Assembly (NCBI GenBank): GCA_046757925.1
Contig: JBHHZE010000006.1
Coordinates: 12,489 to 76,488 of the forward strand
Source: Gemmatimonadales bacterium
GTDB lineage: Bacteria > Gemmatimonadota > Gemmatimonadetes > Gemmatimonadales > GWC2-71-9
DNA: 64,000 nucleotides
Direction: 5' to 3'
Both the position numbers and the translations under genes were made by a program. Numbering within the stretch: the stretch's first letter is position 1; each line of letters begins with the position of its first letter. This document shows positions 28,953 to 38,175 of the stretch, one piece after another. Below the pieces are notes generated by a model. That model was not told the DNA's origin. It was given only the letters and a program-made list of their open reading frames with translations, and did no database searches.

Positions 28953-29561
28953 ATGACCGCTGCTACGCAACCAGCGACCCCTCGTAGCTACGAGGTCGGC
29001 ACAATCGTCGGTGGAGGACTGAAGCTCGGTATCATAACCGCGTTGGGAGTAACCGTATTTGCGCTCGTGTCGCGGGTATTGGAAGGGACTCCGGAAACTG
29101 TCGTGCAGTCCCTACTGGTGTTAGCCGGCGGTGTCATATTCGGCTTCCTACCGGCAGTCTGGCTGAGGCCGAGTGAGGTCGATTCGATTGCCTGGAGCAG
29201 TCTGGTAGGGCTGTTAGGTGCGCTGACATTTACCATAATCGACACTGCCGTGCTGAGGCCACTGCACCTGTATCACTTTACCTGGGATCTGATCGGCGGA
29301 GGCAGTGGGTTCTGGTATATCCCGGTGTGGTGGATGGGATCGGCGGTCACGGCCTGGTTGGGATCGTGGAGTTACGCCATCGCAGGTGATCCTGCGAAGC
29401 TGACCAGCACGGTAGCCCAGACGCTCGGCTTGGCCCTGGTGATCTTCCTGATCCTGGTGGTGACGGGGATTGCCCCGTTCCACACGGCTGTCATGGCGCT
29501 CGCGTTCGCATTGGCATTGATAGTCCACATTCCTCTGGCAGCGACATTGCGTAAACAGTGA
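28953..29561 (+). CDS. hypothetical polytopic membrane protein
   Basis: 202 aa with 5-6 hydrophobic helices. Composition is coding-like and no motif is recognised. Confidence 0.6.
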   Translation: MTAATQPATPRSYEVGTIVGGGLKLGIITALGVTVFALVSRVLEGTPETVVQSLLVLAGGVIFGFLPAVWLRPSEVDSIAWSSLVGLLGALTFTIIDTAVLRPLHLYHFTWDLIGGGSGFWYIPVWWMGSAVTAWLGSWSYAIAGDPAKLTSTVAQTLGLALVIFLILVVTGIAPFHTAVMALAFALALIVHIPLAATLRKQ

Positions 29562-29797
29562 CGGGTACGCCTACCGCGCGGCTTGGGCGAACCATCCGCT
29601 GGCTGCTCACACCCATCGTGGTCTGGGCAGCCACTTTTGTAGGGGCATGGCTCGGCGCGACGCTTGGGGCCAACATGGTGTGGTTGGTCGGTGGTGGACT
29701 GCTCGGCGCAGGTGGCAGTATGGTCGGCTGGGTGTACATGATGCGAAGGCCCACCCGCAAAGAATCGGGCACTAACGAGAAAGGACCGCCGGCATAG
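29558..29797 (+). CDS. hypothetical small membrane protein with glycine-zipper segment
   Basis: 79 aa. GAWLGATLGANMVWLVGGGLLGAGGSMVG has GxxxG-type spacing. The start overlaps the upstream gene as GTGA. Confidence 0.5.
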   Translation: MTGTPTARLGRTIRWLLTPIVVWAATFVGAWLGATLGANMVWLVGGGLLGAGGSMVGWVYMMRRPTRKESGTNEKGPPA

Positions 29798-29814
29798 CCG
29801 ACTGCCTCGGGCCA

Positions 29815-30738
29815 CTACTGTTTCTGCGTCATCCCGTCGAACACGATTCCCACGAACACGTCAGGTTTCAGAAACCCATTGCCCCACTTACGGTCCAGAT
29901 CTTGGGTGGGCATCGCGGCAATCACAGCGTCCCTCGATGCCCCATGCGCGATCAGCTCGTTGACTCGATCGCGCACCGATACCAACATGCTTCTGTATTG
30001 ACGCAGCTCCACTCTATTGGACAGCGGCCCATGGCCCGGAATGATTTTCGTGGCTGAGTTGGAGATCGCCAACACGAGATCGGCGGCCTCGATCATACCG
30101 TCAATGTTGCCGCCGGTTGACACATCTATGAACGGATACATGCCGTTGAAATAAACATCGCCGGTGTGTATTACGTTCGCTTTCTTGAAGTGAATGATGG
30201 CATCCCCATCCGTATGGGCTGGTGCCACGTGCACTATATCCATCTCGTCGCCGTTCCAATGGAAGCTCAGTGAGTCTGTGAACGTGATTACCGGCAGAGC
30301 TGCTGCAGGTGACGCGGGTGTCTTGGAGTCGAAGACGGCGTTGAAATGCTCGACACTCATCTGTTTGCGGACGTTCTGATGGGCGACAATAATTGCCCCA
30401 GCCTTGTCCATGTTCTCATTCCCGCCGGTATGGTCACCATGCCAGTGGGTATTGACTACGAACTTGACCGGTTTGTCCGTGACACGAGCTACTGCAGCCA
30501 GAATTTTGTCTGTGAGGGGGGCATATTGGTCGTCAATCACAAAGGCATCGTCCTCTCCCACTGAAAGACCGATATTTCCGCCCTGACCCGTGAGCATGTA
30601 GATACCTGGAGCGACGTCCACGATCTTTATGGTCACGTCTTGCATGTTCTGCTGTGCCCGAGCGGCATTGCCGAGCATGGCAACCATAGCTGCCGCAAGA
30701 GTGACAATACGCATGTGTCTGACGATGGGAATCACCAT
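29815..30738 (-). CDS. secreted MBL-fold metallo-hydrolase
   Basis: Signal peptide ending ARAQ, NTHWHGDHTGG (HxHxDH) and later H/D ligands (IIPGHG). AGGAGA lies 4-5 nt upstream of the ATG. Confidence 0.85.
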   Translation of the reverse strand: MVIPIVRHMRIVTLAAAMVAMLGNAARAQQNMQDVTIKIVDVAPGIYMLTGQGGNIGLSVGEDDAFVIDDQYAPLTDKILAAVARVTDKPVKFVVNTHWHGDHTGGNENMDKAGAIIVAHQNVRKQMSVEHFNAVFDSKTPASPAAALPVITFTDSLSFHWNGDEMDIVHVAPAHTDGDAIIHFKKANVIHTGDVYFNGMYPFIDVSTGGNIDGMIEAADLVLAISNSATKIIPGHGPLSNRVELRQYRSMLVSVRDRVNELIAHGASRDAVIAAMPTQDLDRKWGNGFLKPDVFVGIVFDGMTQKQ

Positions 30739-30747
30739 GTTTCTCCT

Positions 30748-31923
30748 CTATGCAGTTTCTTCTGATTGGCTCAGTGACAACGACGCGCGGCGCGCTGTTT
30801 GGGCCAACACTGCCGCACCGACCAAGATCGAGTCGTCTGCAGGCAAGAACCGAGATGTGTGCGCCGGCACCATCGCTTCGCCCGGACCGCGTGCTCCAAC
30901 CCGAAGAAAACTACCATCTACCCGCTCCAAGTAACAGGCGAAGTCTTCTCCTCCCAGGTTGGGCTCCGGGAGCTGCACGAGCGCGCTGTCACCCAAGAGC
31001 TCGCGCGCGGCCTCGCGAGCCATGCCAATTGTGCTGTCCTCGTTCAGAAGCGGCGGTGTCCCGTCATTGATTGAAATCTGGGCACTTACGTTGTAGGCCG
31101 CAGCGAGCCCAGCCACGCACCGCTTCAGCTCCTCATGCAATTTGGCCCTGGTATCGGTGTTACCTGCCCGCACGGTTCCCGCGATGCGGGCCCGGTTCGG
31201 TATGACGTTGGTTGCGCGCCCGGCCTCCAGCACCGCCACAGTAACTGCTGCCGGAGTGCCGGGTGCCAGGCGGCGCGACACGATCGTCTGGAGAATTGTC
31301 ACCAGTGCCGCAGCGGCAACTACCGGGTCGTTACCCTCATGCGGTCTCGCGGCGTGAGAACCGCGCCCTTCGAGGTCGACTGAGAACTCATCGGCCGACG
31401 CAGCCAGGCTGCCCGGCTGAGCTACAATCTCTCCAACCTCGAACCGCATATCGACATGTCCTCCAAATATTGCAACCACACCATCCAAAGCACCGGCTTC
31501 GATCATCGCTGACGCACCGCGGCCGGTCTCCTCAGCAGGCTGCAGCAGCACCACTACGTCACCCTGCGGAGGTTCCTCCGCCAAAAGGGCAGCCGCTCCC
31601 ACGGTCCAAGCAGCGTGAACGTCATGTCCGCAGGCATGCATGATGCCCGCGTTCAGCGATTCGAATGCTGCTCCCGTCTCTTCCTGGATCGGCAGGGCAT
31701 CGATGTCCCCCCTGATGGCGACAACGGGCGCTCGTGGGTCGTTTCCGGGAACTCGAGCTGCGATTCCGGTGGGTATTACGCGTCGGATTTCGCTCAGCCC
31801 GAGATCCGAAAGGGCTTGCTCCAGTCGGTCGGCAGTATCCCGCTCATCAAACGAGAGTTCGGGCTTCCGGTGGATCTCATGGCGCAGGCTGATGAGTTTC
31901 TCTCGCGTCTCCGCACTGAACAT
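30748..31923 (-). CDS. M20D-family amidohydrolase (N-acyl-amino acid / hippurate hydrolase-like)
   Basis: LRHEIHRKPELSFDE, IRGDIDALP, MHACGHD and QPAEE motifs. The start may be ATG 31923 or 31947; either overlaps the upstream gene. Confidence 0.88.
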   Translation of the reverse strand: MFSAETREKLISLRHEIHRKPELSFDERDTADRLEQALSDLGLSEIRRVIPTGIAARVPGNDPRAPVVAIRGDIDALPIQEETGAAFESLNAGIMHACGHDVHAAWTVGAAALLAEEPPQGDVVVLLQPAEETGRGASAMIEAGALDGVVAIFGGHVDMRFEVGEIVAQPGSLAASADEFSVDLEGRGSHAARPHEGNDPVVAAAALVTILQTIVSRRLAPGTPAAVTVAVLEAGRATNVIPNRARIAGTVRAGNTDTRAKLHEELKRCVAGLAAAYNVSAQISINDGTPPLLNEDSTIGMAREAARELLGDSALVQLPEPNLGGEDFACYLERVDGSFLRVGARGPGEAMVPAHTSRFLPADDSILVGAAVLAQTARRASLSLSQSEETA

Positions 31924-32728
31924 CTGTAAGACTCGTGTCACTGTCATTTGATGTCTCGACTCCATTGCCTTCCAAGCTGCGGGCGAGCATGTAATAGGGC
32001 GGCTCACTGTCACCCACAAAATCAGTTACATGATAGCCCAAATCCAGATACTTGTGAAACGCACGACGCGTGCTGCTGCGCCACTCGGTGGCTTCGTCCG
32101 CCGCAGTCAGCTTGAGAGACTGGATATCGGACGGTATCTCGATGTGTGCAGTCATGGCATGCTCGCAACGTGCCGGGTCCTCAGGTGTGGGGGAATCCCC
32201 GATGTGCCACCGGACCACGAGTCGATCGCTGCCAATCACCGAATCGGTCCTGGTTGGTGGAGTCATGTCATACATATCGTCCACGTATTCTTCCACCACG
32301 GCTCCAAGCCTCACGATGTTGAGGTGTGCGTTTCGAGCCACCAGGGGATCGTACGTCCAGAACACCGTGTCGATACCGAGCTCGATCAGGCTTTCACGTT
32401 GATAGAATTTGAGTCTCCGGCCAACGGCACGGTCGCGATAGTCTTCGCGGACGGCGAGCATGTGAGACCAGTGTACGAGACGACCCGCGCGGACTCCACT
32501 GATTCCAAACACACACCCGATCATCTCTTGACCGTCGAACGCTCCAGCGGCGACACCACCCACCTCCTGAGCGATTTTGAGGATGGTGGCGGGTACCGTG
32601 TCCTCGACATCGGCGCCCCATATCAAATGTTGTAGGGCGATGCAGTTGGCGTAGTCGAGCGCGGTCCGAAGTGGGCGAATCTCGAGCGAATGGCGCTCGG
32701 ACGCGGAGGTCATCGTATTGAAGTGCAT
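31877..32728 (-). CDS. GNAT-superfamily-like protein (COG3375-type), uncharacterised
   Basis: 283 aa. ...HWSHMLAVREDYRDRAVGRRLKFYQRE...G.....WTYDPL.ARNAHLN...LGA resembles the uncharacterised GNAT-like family; this rests on memory only. Confidence 0.65.
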   Translation of the reverse strand: MHFNTMTSASERHSLEIRPLRTALDYANCIALQHLIWGADVEDTVPATILKIAQEVGGVAAGAFDGQEMIGCVFGISGVRAGRLVHWSHMLAVREDYRDRAVGRRLKFYQRESLIELGIDTVFWTYDPLVARNAHLNIVRLGAVVEEYVDDMYDMTPPTRTDSVIGSDRLVVRWHIGDSPTPEDPARCEHAMTAHIEIPSDIQSLKLTAADEATEWRSSTRRAFHKYLDLGYHVTDFVGDSEPPYYMLARSLEGNGVETSNDSDTSLTDVQCGDARETHQPAP

Positions 32729-32814
32729 GGCGATTTCAGGTACGGTTGTCCAGATTTACTACTTCGGTATCTGGCTGACAAGAATCCGCTCGGCTCCAAT
32801 GCAGGAGGTCAGAG

Positions 32815-33588
32815 ATGGTCAAGCACTTGGTAGGGTCGGTGTTGGCTGCGCTCGGTGTCGCTGCAGCAATCCCAACCGAGTACTGCCGTGCACAGGTGGC
32901 TACTACGATAAGAGTGAGAGTGGTGGCCCACGACGCGAAGGTGATAGGCAGCTCAGTTGGAGGTGCCCGCGTATACGTGAGGGCTCCATCTACCGGTGAG
33001 ATACTGGCCGAGGGTGTGCAGGAAGGTGGAACGGGGGACACCCGCGCAATAGTCATCGATCCGGTAAAACGGGGCGCGGCGATCTTCGACTCACCAAACG
33101 CGGCAGTATTTACAGCTCGTCTCACGCTGAACGAGCCAACAGTGCTGGAGTTCGTCGGAGAGGGGCCACTTGGTTTCGAGCATGCAATGCAACGAGCCGT
33201 TAAGTCGATGCTGGTGGTCCCAGGCGAAGACATACTGGGTGACGGCGTGGTTCTGGAACTCCATGGGTTCATTGTCGAGTTGCTGGAGCCGAGAGAGGTT
33301 GTTGCCCGCGAGGGCGATTTCAAGGTCGTCGCTAAAGTCCGGATGATGTGTGGTTGTCCGCTCGAACCTGGTGGGCTGTGGGATGCCGATCGAGTCCGAG
33401 TGAAGGCGGTCGTGTATCGGAACGGAGACCTGATTCAGAGTGCCGATCTAGCGTATGCTGGAACGCCGAATACATTCGAAGGTGAGATATCTGTTGGGAA
33501 CGCCGTTCACGGTGCGGAGTTGATCGTAGTGGCGTCTGATCGGTCACGCATTAACTTCGGTAAAAGTCCCGCGACAACCATCAAATGA
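32815..33588 (+). CDS. hypothetical secreted beta-rich protein
   Basis: AGGAGG lies upstream and the signal peptide ends ...AAIPTEYCRAQ. The sequence has repeated V/R-rich beta-strand patterns and no recognised motif. Confidence 0.65.
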   Translation: MVKHLVGSVLAALGVAAAIPTEYCRAQVATTIRVRVVAHDAKVIGSSVGGARVYVRAPSTGEILAEGVQEGGTGDTRAIVIDPVKRGAAIFDSPNAAVFTARLTLNEPTVLEFVGEGPLGFEHAMQRAVKSMLVVPGEDILGDGVVLELHGFIVELLEPREVVAREGDFKVVAKVRMMCGCPLEPGGLWDADRVRVKAVVYRNGDLIQSADLAYAGTPNTFEGEISVGNAVHGAELIVVASDRSRINFGKSPATTIK

Positions 33589-33601
33589 GTTGGAGTTGAC
33601 T

Positions 33602-35236
33602 ATGAGTCTACGATCTCGTCTGGTTACCTTCGCTACGCTCCTTGCCCTGTCATTGCCGGCGCACGTCGCATTACTGGCTCAAGATACGGGGCGCACGGTG
33701 CTTCACGCTCCCGACCGCCGTCCCGACGAAGGCCAGGGACCGTTCGATCGCCTGATAATCCGCGGAGCGACGGTTTATGATGGCACTGGAGCCCCCGGAC
33801 GTGGCCCGATGGACATTGTGGTGGAAAACAACCGAATTGTCCAGGTGACTAACGTCGGTACTCCGGGCTCACCGATCGACGACGCTGAGCGACCCAAAGG
33901 CGCGACCCACGAGTTGGATGCGAGCGGTATGTACGTTCTCCCGGGGTTCGTCGATCTACACGGACATACCGGCGGATTACGTCAGGGCACTCCGGCCGAG
34001 TATGTCTACAAGTTATGGATGGGACATGGCGTGACCACGGTGCGGGACCCGGGATCGGGCAACGGGGTGGATTGGACGCTCCAAGCACGAAAGCGCAGCG
34101 CGGCCAACGAGATCGTAGCGCCTCACTTGTTCGTCTATGTACGACCGGGTTCCGGCTGGGACGATGGTCCCATCACCACGCCCGAATCAGCCCGGGCATA
34201 TGTCAGATGGGCGGCGAAGAAGGGCGTCGACGGTTTCAAGTTAGGGTCGTTCGATCCAGCAATCATGGAGGCTCTCATTGACGAGGCCAAGAAGAACGGG
34301 TTGGGAACCCAAGCCCATCTCGATCAGATGGGAGTGGCACGCATGGACGTGCTGGATGCAGCCCGTTTCGGCCTGGGCTCAATGGAACATTGGTACGGCC
34401 TGCCAGAAGCACTATTCGACGACAAGACGGTTCAGGACTTCCCCTTCGACTACAACTACAACAACGAGTACGATCGCTTCGGACAGGCTGGGAGGCTGTG
34501 GAAGCAGGCTGCAAAGCCGGGGAGTAAGAAGTGGAACGCCGTGAGAGACGAACTTCTGGCACTCGACTTCACCATCGATCCAACGATGACAATCTACGAG
34601 GCTAGCCGGGACGTGATGAGAGCGAGGAATGCGGACTGGCACAAGGAATACACTCTCCCCTCGGTGTGGAAGTTTTATCAGCCCAGTCGGACGAGTCATG
34701 GATCGTATTGGTACGATTGGACCACCCAGGACGAGATCGAGTGGAAGAACAATTACAGGATTTGGATGACGTTCCTCAACGATTACAAGAACCACGGAGG
34801 AAGAGTCTGCACGGGCTCTGATTCCGGGTTCATCTATAAGCTCTACGGTTTCGACTATATTCGAGAGTTGGAGCTACTACAGGAGGCCGGATTCAATCCA
34901 CTTGAAGTCCTGAGAGCTGCGACACTCTGTGGAGCGGAGACGTTATCGAAACCCAAAGGGATACCGGTCCAGTTTGGCGTGATTCGCCCGGGCATGCAGG
35001 CCGATTTCGTGGTTGTCGAGGAGAATCCTATCCGGAATCTCAAGGTTCTTTATGGCACCGGCACCGTGAAGCTGGACGAAAACGGCAACCCGATCCGAGT
35101 CGGCGGCGTCAAGTACACGATTAAGGATGGGATTATATATGACGCCAAGAAGCTCTTGGGGGATGTTAGGCGGATGGTTGCCGACGCCAAGAAGGGCCAG
35201 GCTGTCGACGCAACTTCATCCAGTGGAAGCCGATAG
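33602..35236 (+). CDS. secreted amidohydrolase-superfamily metallo-hydrolase
   Basis: GGAG is 8 nt upstream of ATG 33602, a signal peptide is present, and VLPGFVDLHGH (HxH metal site) and a later TGSDSG segment match the superfamily. Confidence 0.85.
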   Translation: MSLRSRLVTFATLLALSLPAHVALLAQDTGRTVLHAPDRRPDEGQGPFDRLIIRGATVYDGTGAPGRGPMDIVVENNRIVQVTNVGTPGSPIDDAERPKGATHELDASGMYVLPGFVDLHGHTGGLRQGTPAEYVYKLWMGHGVTTVRDPGSGNGVDWTLQARKRSAANEIVAPHLFVYVRPGSGWDDGPITTPESARAYVRWAAKKGVDGFKLGSFDPAIMEALIDEAKKNGLGTQAHLDQMGVARMDVLDAARFGLGSMEHWYGLPEALFDDKTVQDFPFDYNYNNEYDRFGQAGRLWKQAAKPGSKKWNAVRDELLALDFTIDPTMTIYEASRDVMRARNADWHKEYTLPSVWKFYQPSRTSHGSYWYDWTTQDEIEWKNNYRIWMTFLNDYKNHGGRVCTGSDSGFIYKLYGFDYIRELELLQEAGFNPLEVLRAATLCGAETLSKPKGIPVQFGVIRPGMQADFVVVEENPIRNLKVLYGTGTVKLDENGNPIRVGGVKYTIKDGIIYDAKKLLGDVRRMVADAKKGQAVDATSSSGSR

Positions 35237-35257
35237 ACTCTAGTTGAGACTTGCATG

Positions 35258-35288
35258 GGCGCGTCGGTAGAGCCGCTACCGGCGCGCC
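35258..35288. terminator. GC-rich hairpin between convergent genes (possible bidirectional terminator; no U-tract)
   Basis: GGCGCGTCGGTAG-agccg-CTACCGGCGCGCC forms a 13-bp stem (12 Watson-Crick pairs plus 1 G-U) with a 5-nt loop, centred in the 70-nt convergent gap. Confidence 0.4.
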
Positions 35289-35306
35289 ATGTCGCCGCCG
35301 GGCCGG

Positions 35307-36035
35307 CTAACCGGCCAATCCCGCGGCGAGCCCGCCGAGGGCAGCAAACAGCAGTTTGGTAACGATCCAGAGGCCGCCCACGATCGCCAGTGGGGTTCCG
35401 AGGCCTTGAGCTTCGGTCTTGATTTTGTTACCCAGGGCGATCAAGAATACGTTCCAGGCTCCGAAGACGGTGATCTGGTTGGCGAATCTATAGAGGAACG
35501 GCTGGGTCTCCTGGTCGAATAGAAATCCCACAGAAAGCTGAAGTTGATCGAACCCAGCGAACACCGTGAGTGCAACAACGAGTACCGCACCCGCGATCGA
35601 CGCGACATTGGCGTGTGCAACTATCGCGAATTCATCCTTGAACCGAACGGGGCTGCCGGACGTGGCTCCAAATATCAGCATGAGTACGGCAGCGACAATC
35701 ACGAGGCCGACAACGCCGCCTACAGATCCAAAACCAAGGATCGACACTCGACTGCCGGGGGACGCTGCAGCATCGAGGCGCTCCTGGAACTGCTCGTCGG
35801 TCAGCCCGCCTCCTCCACGAAACGCCTCTAGCTGTTCCCTAACCTGATTCTTTAGAACCCGTTCGGGTGTAGCGAACGCGACCACGACGGAAGCCAGAAC
35901 CAAGAGAACTATGGGAATCAGCGCCCGCGGCTTGGAGGCGAGAGACTGGAACACCTTGGCAGGCTCGTCCAGTACGCGCAGTGCGAGCCAGAGCGCTCCT
36001 GCGCTTTGGGAATCGGTGGATGCTGTGTTATTCAT
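35307..36035 (-). CDS. Yip1-family membrane protein
   Basis: 242 aa. A soluble N-terminal segment is followed by 5 TM helices with a Gly/Ala-rich pattern typical of the Yip1 domain. AGGAG lies upstream. Confidence 0.7.
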   Translation of the reverse strand: MNNTASTDSQSAGALWLALRVLDEPAKVFQSLASKPRALIPIVLLVLASVVVAFATPERVLKNQVREQLEAFRGGGGLTDEQFQERLDAAASPGSRVSILGFGSVGGVVGLVIVAAVLMLIFGATSGSPVRFKDEFAIVAHANVASIAGAVLVVALTVFAGFDQLQLSVGFLFDQETQPFLYRFANQITVFGAWNVFLIALGNKIKTEAQGLGTPLAIVGGLWIVTKLLFAALGGLAAGLAG

Positions 36036-36085
36036 GGCGGCAAAGCTCCTGTTCTAACGTGTCTCGTTCTCAGTAAGCGTGCTGT

Positions 36086-37045
36086 TCAACAAGCTCGACC
36101 GGTGGTGTATGGTCCCCTGAGCGATCGGCTGACTACTCGAATCTGGGTCACAACCCACTCTGGCGATCCATTCCCGCGCGCGACAACAGCGTAACGCCGA
36201 TCACCGTCCGCCAATATGCCAATGGCCCGAGGCTGGAGGTCGACCTGAACATCGTAGCAGCCGTTGGGAGGCCGGATCTCGGCGCGAACGACTCGCCTCG
36301 GACGGGAATCGAGCGACCGGTATACTTGGTAATTACCGATTCTCTCGGGCGGTGGTGAGCCCTGCTCTTGCTGTTGTGGCACACCCAAGCGAGCGAGAGC
36401 TCCCATCGCAGTACGCTCCGGCATCCCCACGTTCAGTCCTCCCCAGCTCCGGTTCGGGATGCGAAGGGTGATCGAGTAGATGATCGAGTTCACTGCATCT
36501 ATGGCCAGGTCGGAGCCGTAGGTGTACCGCATCAACCGCGATGATTCTGGATTGCTCTTGGGTGCCTTCGCACCCAGAGCTCCGAACGCAAACGTGATAG
36601 GCGCGTTCGGGTTGATCGGCAAAGGCCGCGGCTGACCCAAGAAGGTCGCCGGAAACGCCCCGGGCACGAAGTTGGGGCCGGATGTCATGATTAGTACGGC
36701 AGTCATGATCGCTATGGACACACCTCCCACGGCAAGCAGTCTCCGTTGGCTTGCGAAGCGCCACGTCTTTTCCAGTGGGCTGTCGACGAGGTCGGGTGTT
36801 TTCGGACGCGCGGTGACTGAGGCCGCTCTCACGAACGGGCTTCGCGCCGGCTGGCGCGGAGTCCTGGGCGCCACCGGTTGAGGCTTGGGCTCTAGCTGCC
36901 TGGTGACCCCTTGCTGAGCGCGGGCGAGGCCCTGCATCACGGAAGGCCTGCCCTGTCGGGTGGCTTCGCGGTGGCACGCAGGGCATCCCCGGGGGTTCTC
37001 GTCGTTATAGGGGATCTTGTGAGTGGGACAGCGAACCAGTGCCAT
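36086..37045 (-). CDS. hypothetical zinc-ribbon / single-TM / extracytoplasmic-domain protein
   Basis: MALVRCPTHKIPY...GCPACH (C..H-x15-CxxC), a basic Pro-rich linker, the TM LLAVGGVSIAIMTAVLIMTSG, and a ~190-aa C-terminal domain with no recognised motif. Confidence 0.65.
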   Translation of the reverse strand: MALVRCPTHKIPYNDENPRGCPACHREATRQGRPSVMQGLARAQQGVTRQLEPKPQPVAPRTPRQPARSPFVRAASVTARPKTPDLVDSPLEKTWRFASQRRLLAVGGVSIAIMTAVLIMTSGPNFVPGAFPATFLGQPRPLPINPNAPITFAFGALGAKAPKSNPESSRLMRYTYGSDLAIDAVNSIIYSITLRIPNRSWGGLNVGMPERTAMGALARLGVPQQQEQGSPPPERIGNYQVYRSLDSRPRRVVRAEIRPPNGCYDVQVDLQPRAIGILADGDRRYAVVARGNGSPEWVVTQIRVVSRSLRGPYTTGRAC

Positions 37046-37049
37046 CGGT

Positions 37050-37610
37050 CTATAGCTTTGGCAAGGTCACACCTTGCTGCGCCTGATATTTTCCGGCTTT
37101 GTCAGCGTATGACACCTCGCATGTATCGCCAGCGTCGGCTTCGAAGAACAGCACCTGGGCAATTCCTTCGTTCGAGTAGATCTTGGCGGGCAGGGGGGTG
37201 GTGTTCGAAATCTCGAGGGTGACAAAACCTTCCCATTCGGGCTCAAAGGGCGTGACGTTCGTAATGATTCCACAGCGGGCGTAGGTGCTCTTGCCAACAC
37301 ATATCGTGAGTACGTTCCTGGGGATGCGAAAGTATTCCACCGATCGCGCTAACGCAAACGAATTGGGTGGAATGAGGCACACGTCACCCTCGAACTCGAC
37401 GAACGATCGGGCATCGAAATTTTTTGGATCCACCACCGAAGAGTAGACGTTGGTGAAGATCCGGTACTCACGGGCAACTCGCATATCGTAGCCGTACGAC
37501 GATACTCCATAGCTTATCGCCCCTGAGCGGACTTGAGACCGTTCGAACGGTGCAATCATCTCGTGCTCGAGTGCCATTTTTCGTATCCAGCGGTCCGACT
37601 TGATCGCCAT
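37050..37610 (-). CDS. dcd: dCTP deaminase
   Basis: [13 protein letters not shown]...MI.PF, SYGYD.R, and [28 protein letters not shown]. Confidence 0.93.
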   Translation of the reverse strand: MAIKSDRWIRKMALEHEMIAPFERSQVRSGAISYGVSSYGYDMRVAREYRIFTNVYSSVVDPKNFDARSFVEFEGDVCLIPPNSFALARSVEYFRIPRNVLTICVGKSTYARCGIITNVTPFEPEWEGFVTLEISNTTPLPAKIYSNEGIAQVLFFEADAGDTCEVSYADKAGKYQAQQGVTLPKL

Positions 37611-37743
37611 ATAGAGCTATCCCCATGGGACGGTGTTCTTTGTGCCGAGGTCTCGAGGGCCCTCGGGGCGGTCTGGAGCACCGGGGCCGCGCTGGGCTCC
37701 CGGAAAGATATCAATGCTTAGCTATTGCGCCACTTGGACTTGC

Positions 37744-37772
37744 TTGACCCCTAACCAGAGCCTGAGTAACTT
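37744..37772 (+). promoter_or_regulatory. sigma-70-like hexamer pair upstream of nuoA (tentative)
   Basis: TTGACC (37744-37749), a 17-nt spacer, then TAACTT (37767-37772), 47 nt before ATG 37819. This is a pattern match only. Confidence 0.25.
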
Positions 37773-37818
37773 CATGCCTCGCTAGTACGTGAAATTTTTC
37801 ACGAGCCCATCGATCAGA

Positions 37819-38175
37819 ATGTTGCGAGAGTATACTCCCTTAGTACTCCTCATGGGTTTTGTGGCAGCCAACACAGCTGGCATGCTGGTTTTTTCCCATC
37901 TGGTTTCGCCGCAGAGGCCGACGTCGGTGAAGAGTATGCCCTATGAGTCGGGCGTGACGCCGCTGGGAGGCACGCGCGACCGTTTTAGCGTCAAGTTCTA
38001 TCTTGTCGCTATGCTATTCATAGTATTCGATTTAGAAACGGTCTTCATGATCCCATGGGGCGTCGCGTTCCGGCAACTCGGCATACTCGGGTTGGCCGAG
38101 ATGGTCGTATTCGTCCTGATCCTGATGGTTGGCTACATCTACGTTTGGAAGAGAGGAGCCTTCCAATGGGATTGA
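37819..38175 (+). CDS. nuoA: NADH-quinone oxidoreductase subunit A
   Basis: [11 protein letters not shown]..., PYESG and FDLE..F..PW motifs. The ORF is open from GTG 37789, which is an alternative start. Confidence 0.9.
   Translation: MLREYTPLVLLMGFVAANTAGMLVFSHLVSPQRPTSVKSMPYESGVTPLGGTRDRFSVKFYLVAMLFIVFDLETVFMIPWGVAFRQLGILGLAEMVVFVLILMVGYIYVWKRGAFQWD

Noticed and set aside
29815-30738. MBL-fold hydrolase as an acquired beta-lactamase or resistance gene
   Set aside because: Only the generic HxHxDH superfamily motif is visible. There are no flanking mobile-element genes, and the gene appears co-expressed with chromosomal amidohydrolase genes. Subclass assignment would need a database search.
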